DNA of 64,000 bases from Leptolyngbyaceae cyanobacterium. GTDB taxonomy: Bacteria > Cyanobacteriota > Cyanobacteriia > Phormidesmidales > Phormidesmidaceae. The stretch is from assembly GCA_965263355.1 (NCBI GenBank), contig CBDHHL010000032.1, positions 1,440,001 to 1,504,000 of the forward strand. The letters run 5' to 3'. Within the stretch, counting starts at the first letter, position 1. Each line of letters starts with the position of its first letter. The position numbers and the translations under genes are program-made. The notes beneath the pieces are model-generated. The model searched no databases and was not told the origin of the DNA. It saw only the letters and a program-made list of their open reading frames with translations. Shown piece by piece: positions 59,380 to 64,000 of the stretch.

Positions 59380-59610
59380 ATGGTTCGGCTAAACCTGAAA
59401 ACTCTAATGGCACGCTACGCCATAACCCAGGAAGCGTTAGCCAAAGAATGTGGAGTGTCTTGCGGGTTGATCAACGAATGGGCCAACAATCGTAAATAGC
59501 CACAACGGAAAAATATGGGTGCTCTTTTGAAAGCGCTGAGAAAATTGGGAACCCCTGACGTGGTTGAGGCATTCCCAATCGCAGTTAAGGACTTGATTAT
59601 AGAATCGTAG
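59380..59610 (+). pseudogene. XRE/Cro HTH regulator with an internal stop codon
   Basis: MVRLNLKTLMARYAITQEALAKECGVSCGLINEWANNRK*PQRKNMGALLKAL..VKDLIIES*; TAG at 59497-59499. Confidence 0.75.
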
Positions 59611-59635
59611 AGTATCCTCAGAACCAAGTCTGACT

Positions 59636-61423
59636 CTACACTAGGCGTCCTTTGGCCAGCCAAATCTGGGTGTTTACTGGAGACTTTGCCTGGGCCAACA
59701 TCTCTTTGAGCTGTTCTCCCTCCAGCACATCGTCTGTCAGTAATGTCTGGGCCATAGAATTTAGCAGATCTTGGTTCAGCGTCAATACGGCCTTGGCCAC
59801 CTCATGGGCCTGGTGAATCGACTGCTTTACTAGTCGATCAATCTCTGCAGCCACCTCACCACTCATGGGACGGCGAGTGGTGTTGCTGTTAAGAAACTCT
59901 GACTGGGTATCTGAAAAGGCAATGGGTCCCAGATCCGCAGACATGCCATACTGAGTAACTGCCCGCTCCGCCAGATCTGTTGCCTTTTGAATGTCGTCAC
60001 TGGCCCCCGATGACACCTTGCCAAACATCACTTCCTCAGCAGCACGACCCCCTAACAGCGTCGCTAACTGCCCCCGTAGTTCATCCTCTAACATCAGGTA
60101 GCGATCTTCCTCAGGGGTTTGCATAGTGTATCCAAGGGCTCCCTTCCCACGGGGCACAATGGAGATTTTGGCAACTTTGGTACCACCCGGCATCAGGGCA
60201 CCGACAATGGCATGGCCCACTTCATGGTATGCAACAGTTTTACGCTCGATGGGGGAGAGGATACGCGATTTTTTCTCTAACCCGGCAATGACTCGCTCCA
60301 TAGCTGCATAAAAGTCGGGCATCATTACGGCCTGACGGTCATTGCGGGCAGCGAGTAGGGCCGCTTCGTTAATCAAGTTGGCGAGATCGGCCCCGGCAAA
60401 CCCTGAGGTTTGGGTTGCGATCGCAGCCAAATCCACATCCTCCGCCATCAATACACCGCGAGCATGTACTTTCAGAATCTCCAGGCGACCACTACGGTCA
60501 GGACGATCCACCAGCACCTGTCGGTCAAACCGCCCAGCCCGCTTCAAGGCAGGGTCTAAAATCTCAGGCCGATTTGTCGCCCCGATCAGCATCACCCCGC
60601 TATTCTCATCAAAGCCATCCATTTCGGTTAGCAGTTGATTAAGGGTTTGTTCCCGCTCATCATTACCGCTGTGGGGACTGCCACCCCCACGAGACTTACC
60701 AATGGCATCCAGCTCATCAATAAACACAATACAGGGGGCCTGTTTTTTCGCCTTGTTAAACAGGTCTCGTACACGGGAGGCCCCCACCCCCACATAGAGT
60801 TCCACAAATTCTGACGCTGCCACATTCAAAAACGGCACATTAGCTTCGCCTGCAACAGCTTTAGCTAGCAAGGTTTTTCCCGTTCCCGGTGGCCCCACCA
60901 GCAGGACACCCTTGGGCAGTTTGGCACCAATCTTGCGATACTTGGCACCGTCCTTAAGAAAATCAACCACCTCTTTTAGCTCTTGCTTAGCCTCATCCAC
61001 ACCGGCCACATCGGCAAAGGTCACCGTTGTTGTACCACCACGCTTTGCCCTAGCTGGAGTAGCACTGTAGGGTTTGACTCTACTTTTACCCACTCCCACC
61101 ACATTGCCACCAGGACTGTTTTTGAGCAACCATGCCAGTGTCCCCATTAAGGCTCCACTGGAGAGCAGTAGGGCCATCAAGCCTGCTATCGCATTAGTAT
61201 TGTCAGACGGAGTCACCACATCAACCTGATACTGACGTAACAGATTAGGAATATCATCGGTATTGCCCACAGGCCGGGTAGTATAGAAGCGCTTAAACCC
61301 AAAAGCAGGCTTGAGAGTGTAGTCAATGCGATTGGGTCTGAGGGTCACTCGCTGAACCTTTTGGGCTTTTACCTGTTCAATAAAGGTACTGTAGGCTGCA
61401 TGGGCGATGGTTGCCGTCTTCAT
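59636..61423 (-). CDS. ftsH: ATP-dependent zinc metalloprotease FtsH paralog
   Basis: [46 protein letters not shown] zinc motif. Confidence 0.95.
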   Translation of the reverse strand: MKTATIAHAAYSTFIEQVKAQKVQRVTLRPNRIDYTLKPAFGFKRFYTTRPVGNTDDIPNLLRQYQVDVVTPSDNTNAIAGLMALLLSSGALMGTLAWLLKNSPGGNVVGVGKSRVKPYSATPARAKRGGTTTVTFADVAGVDEAKQELKEVVDFLKDGAKYRKIGAKLPKGVLLVGPPGTGKTLLAKAVAGEANVPFLNVAASEFVELYVGVGASRVRDLFNKAKKQAPCIVFIDELDAIGKSRGGGSPHSGNDEREQTLNQLLTEMDGFDENSGVMLIGATNRPEILDPALKRAGRFDRQVLVDRPDRSGRLEILKVHARGVLMAEDVDLAAIATQTSGFAGADLANLINEAALLAARNDRQAVMMPDFYAAMERVIAGLEKKSRILSPIERKTVAYHEVGHAIVGALMPGGTKVAKISIVPRGKGALGYTMQTPEEDRYLMLEDELRGQLATLLGGRAAEEVMFGKVSSGASDDIQKATDLAERAVTQYGMSADLGPIAFSDTQSEFLNSNTTRRPMSGEVAAEIDRLVKQSIHQAHEVAKAVLTLNQDLLNSMAQTLLTDDVLEGEQLKEMLAQAKSPVNTQIWLAKGRLV

Positions 61424-61774
61424 GGTTGTTGTCTCTTGCTGCGCGTCTCAACAACCCGATTATGCAGGGAGATTTTTATGAAAAATAGATGAGATTACCT
61501 CACTTATTAAAATAGCTTTAGCATTGTGAAAACCTCTCTATACGGTTCTCTCTACCTACGTAGTCGGTTTGCCGAAGAGATTATCTAATTTTATTCACGA
61601 TGCACCATAGAAGCCTTGGCTAACCCGAACGTTAATGTCGGGTTACCCCCCAGCCAATTAGCGGATCTTAATGATTTATCCACGCTCCAATAACTAGCAA
61701 GCCATTTTTAATGGCGTAGTTGCCGAACCACTTTCGCTACTTTTTATTTTTCACTTTTTATTTTTTTCCTGGGC

Positions 61775-62002
61775 CTACGACACCGACCGCCGCTTCCGAT
61801 ACGCATACTGTCCATGGATATTGACAGAATAGGGAACAGCGTAGGTTAGCAATCCAGCCAACCACCGGGAAGGTGTCATTTTGCCATTGGCCAGGGCAGG
61901 CCCATGGTTGATGGTAAAGAGAAGAGTACCGACGACGAGGGCAACCTTTACAGCACTGGGTCTAAGGTCTTGGTCGATGAGGGCGGAAAAATAGCCTTTC
62001 AT
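61775..62002 (-). CDS. nrtS: Nitrate/nitrite transporter NrtS
   Basis: AVKVALVVGTLLFTINHG, LTYAVPYSVNIHGQ; NtcA box upstream; ATG at 62002 preferred. Confidence 0.85.
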   Translation of the reverse strand: MKGYFSALIDQDLRPSAVKVALVVGTLLFTINHGPALANGKMTPSRWLAGLLTYAVPYSVNIHGQYAYRKRRSVS

Positions 62003-62060
62003 TGCAAATTCTAATAGGGAACATTTAATTTCATATGTATGAATAAAAATTAACACAAAA

Positions 62061-62076
62061 TGTATCGAGTCGTACA
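62061..62076. promoter_or_regulatory. Consensus NtcA binding site
   Basis: TGTA-TCGAGTCG-TACA, about 60 bp upstream of nrtS. Confidence 0.8.
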
Positions 62077-62296
62077 GTTATCAGTGCACTGACTGCTCCT
62101 GTTTTTAGGCTGGGTAAGTTTAATTAGGGAAAAAAGACTGCCGATACCGCGTCTGGGTGATGCCTTGCACAGTGGCTATTAGTCAGTTTTTCCAAACTTG
62201 TAGGGAATCTTGAGCTGTTTTTGTGTAGTTCTTTTAGCCGTCTGTTATGGCAAGTTTTGGGGTGTTTGAGTTTTGAGTTAAAGCCCACAAAAATAT

Positions 62297-62872
62297 TTGG
62301 TTTGTATGCTCTCTACGCCCGCTTATCCGTTACTTGCGGTAATATCTTCCTGGGCTCAAATTGCGATAATTTTAGCGATCGCAACCATCCCCATCGCTGT
62401 GCTAATTATCCTGATTAAGGGGATGCAACAGCAGCGGCATTTGCGGGTGGCACTCCCCTGGTTTGTGCGCTCACTGGTCGCAGTCAGCGTTATATCCCTT
62501 GCCATACGAGGGGGGGCGGCTGTGATCGGCTACCTGATTTTTATAGTTCTCCCTGGTTCCGGCATAGTCGGCCTATTGCTAGGACTGATCGCTGCACCCA
62601 TAGTCAGTTTAGTGCGCAGGTCGTTCTGGACTGGGGGGCGCATCAGCTTAAGCATGGTCAAAGGTAGCGTGCTTGCAGCTGTGCTTATATTTGCCATTAG
62701 TTGCCATCTGATTGGGGCACCTATCTTTGAAGAACTTGCCAATCTGGAGGAAGCGGGCGACAGTATGTTGGGCATAACCCATCATACGTTAGTGCTATGC
62801 TTGGCCGTACTTCCCGCCAGTTTGATAGGTAGCCTTATGGGAGGCATTAGCAATGCAATGCTAGATGGTTAA
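62297..62872 (+). CDS. Hypothetical multi-pass membrane protein
   Basis: About 5 hydrophobic segments; start uncertain. Confidence 0.6.
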   Translation: MVCMLSTPAYPLLAVISSWAQIAIILAIATIPIAVLIILIKGMQQQRHLRVALPWFVRSLVAVSVISLAIRGGAAVIGYLIFIVLPGSGIVGLLLGLIAAPIVSLVRRSFWTGGRISLSMVKGSVLAAVLIFAISCHLIGAPIFEELANLEEAGDSMLGITHHTLVLCLAVLPASLIGSLMGGISNAMLDG

Positions 62873-62956
62873 ACGTGAAAAGCTCCAGTTAGCACCCAAT
62901 CTACAGTTAGTGCTAACCGGAGCTTATAAGGGAATGGAACTGTTTGAAGTCTACGC

Positions 62957-63808
62957 TCAGCTAACAGTCATGGTGATAACAGTTTCCACAGTCTCCTGGG
63001 GAAATGCGGTCAACAAAAAGTCTCCTGAATTGATGGCATTGCGAGGACCACTCCAGGGCTCTAGACAGTAAAAGTCTTTACCTTTCACAGTCCAGAAAAC
63101 AAGTGTTGAATAATTCTCGTCATAGGCAATAGTCAATGTACTGTCACCATCTTTAACCGTGGCGGTTTGACCTTCGAGATTGATAAAGGCAAAGTCAATC
63201 TCGTCCTGGTCAAAGTCAAACTGACCATTAAAGGCATAGACCTCTTTGCCACCTTTGACTTTGTAATCGGTAGACGGAATATCAAAGGTAAGCTTACTCT
63301 TATCAGCGATCGCAAAATAGGGATGGGTGCCAGTGGAGAATGGCATGGGTTCTTCCGACAGATTTGTATGGCGGAAGCGCTGTTCTAACGTGTTGCCTTT
63401 GAGGGTATAGACATAATCAAGCTGGAACTCAAAGGGATATACGGCGCGAGTTTCCTCACTGCTGGTAAGAGTGACCGTTAGGCTAGCACCATCGTCAGTG
63501 GACTGCTGAGTCACTTCCCATGGCAATGTACGAGCAAAACCATGTTGCTTCATCTTGAAGGTTTCGTCATCCAGGGTGTATGTGTCGTCCACCAGGTTGC
63601 CGCAGATGGGAAATAGCAGAGGAATGCCGCCCCGTACGGATAGGTTAGGATCCTTAAAGCGTTCTGCATCTAGATAGAACACCTCGTTGCCATTGACTTG
63701 CCAACTAATAACGATGCCGCCCCGTTCTGGTACCACAGCGACCTTAGAATCGCCATCAGCCAAGATATAGGTCAAATATTGTTCGTTTTCAGTAGTAATT
63801 GTGCTCAT
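62957..63808 (-). CDS. Aldose 1-epimerase family protein
   Basis: PERGG, RGGIPLLFPICG, QHGFAR, HPYF, FYCLEPW. Confidence 0.92.
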   Translation of the reverse strand: MSTITTENEQYLTYILADGDSKVAVVPERGGIVISWQVNGNEVFYLDAERFKDPNLSVRGGIPLLFPICGNLVDDTYTLDDETFKMKQHGFARTLPWEVTQQSTDDGASLTVTLTSSEETRAVYPFEFQLDYVYTLKGNTLEQRFRHTNLSEEPMPFSTGTHPYFAIADKSKLTFDIPSTDYKVKGGKEVYAFNGQFDFDQDEIDFAFINLEGQTATVKDGDSTLTIAYDENYSTLVFWTVKGKDFYCLEPWSGPRNAINSGDFLLTAFPQETVETVITMTVS

Positions 63809-64000
63809 AGGAATTTCCTCGGGGCGTGGAAAGTATTTAATAACCGTGCCATATCACGGTCACTTCGCCATGCAATCTGCAACACTGCTAAGTAATCTTT
63901 ATAGCTTTCTACAGCAGTTTTCTTGGGAGCCTTACGTTAATATTCTGGCTGACCTTGATTGACTGTGGAGGTTTAGCCCCATGTCCACTGCCTATCCTCG

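Noticed and set aside
59415..59663. 82-aa minus-strand ORF
   Set aside because: Antisense shadow of the XRE pseudogene on the plus strand

Overview
A 64-kb chromosomal window from a cyanobacterium. The evidence is at least about 25 HIP1 GCGATCGC sites counted by eye, NtcA boxes, and ictB, nrtS, Uma2, CHASE2 and DUF1822 genes. The gene repertoire suggests a filamentous Leptolyngbya-like organism (inference). Housekeeping and metabolic genes (Rieske protein, BMP-type ABC transporter, ictB, speE cluster, phosphomannomutase, 5-oxoprolinase, ftsH, nrtS, aldose epimerase) alternate with accessory segments rich in STAND/AAA ATPases, nucleases, toxin-antitoxin genes and pseudogenes. I saw no rRNA, tRNA, CRISPR array or intact transposase. 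The best candidates for undescribed systems are: (1) a coupled rcaD-rcaG-[Fe-S Cas4/AddB-like nuclease::FtsK motor] operon (26403-31406) that looks like a DNA-targeting or defence machine; (2) a sigma-like factor/DUF1822/CHAT protease-CHASE2 receptor operon (37721-43751), with a candidate shared promoter motif at DUF1822-linked genes; (3) an HTH-STAND plus STAND-CHASE2 pair facing a tiny exported peptide gene, with a shared upstream motif (2605-7601); (4) local G/C strand asymmetry that flips at HIP1 sites. All family assignments come from motif recognition by eye; no database searches were run.
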